From Candidatus Zixiibacteriota bacterium (GTDB taxonomy: Bacteria > Zixibacteria > MSB-5A5 > CAIYYT01): a stretch of DNA of 15,340 nt. Position 1 is the stretch's first letter. Every line of letters begins with the position of its first letter. Shown here piece by piece: positions 15,030-15,340 of the stretch. The stretch spans positions 1 through 15,340 of the forward strand of contig JBECKX010000173.1 of NCBI GenBank assembly GCA_040235515.1, read 5' to 3'. The notes below the pieces were generated by a model. That model was not told the origin of the DNA. It did not search any database and worked only from the letters and a program-made list of their open reading frames with translations. A program made the position numbers and the translations under genes.

Positions 15030-15235
15030 CTGTTTTTCCCCTATCCCCCTAATCCCCATTCCCCAGGAGAAGGGGGTGGGTTCCGATCACGATTCGCCGG
15101 ACTCAAGAACCAGCTGAGCCTATTGCAGCGCACCAGGCGCCACAAACTGCGATTCCGTTCATCGTCTGATGATCCAGCGAGCTAATCCGCCATCACCGTG
15201 GTGGATAATTCAACACCACCTCGGCAAATCCCAGC

Positions 15236-15340
15236 TTACTCGATTTCCTCCCGCAGAAACCGCTCGCAGGCGTCGCGAACGGCATCAGGAGAGAATCCCC
15301 GGTAGCTCAGGAAATTATAGATTTTCCGCTTTATATCAAG
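15236..15340 (-). CDS. recX: RecX regulatory protein, 3' end only
   Basis: Manual translation LDIKRKIYNFLSYRGFSPDAVRDACERFLREEIE* matches the RecX C-terminal K...FL..RGF repeat. recX upstream of alaS is a common gene order. Confidence 0.8.
   Translation of the reverse strand, partial: LDIKRKIYNFLSYRGFSPDAVRDACERFLREEIE

Overview
The window spans the right end of an integrated mobile element (about 1-8180; its left end is outside the window) and the adjacent host chromosome (8181-15340). The element sits at the 3' end of tRNA-Asp(GTC). Left to right it carries: the 5' part of a type I R-M methyltransferase gene (hsdM, missed by the ORF track) with an XRE-HTH gene just upstream; a leftward three-gene unit of a DUF932-like protein, an Fe-S PD-(D/E)XK exonuclease and a putative single-strand annealing protein; a divergent, membrane-anchor-less VirD4/HerA-like ATPase; a DUF5677/HEPN-like gene; a ribbon-helix-helix gene; and a large serine recombinase whose last codons and stop are supplied by the antisense strand of the tRNA. 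The host side has tRNA-Asp, tRNA-Val, a DUF3098-like membrane protein, a GT-C glycosyltransferase and a leftward recX(3' end)-dinB-like-alaS-GGGP synthase-gmhA cluster. That gene set suggests an FCB-group bacterium (inference). All family calls come from motif recognition by eye, with no database searches.
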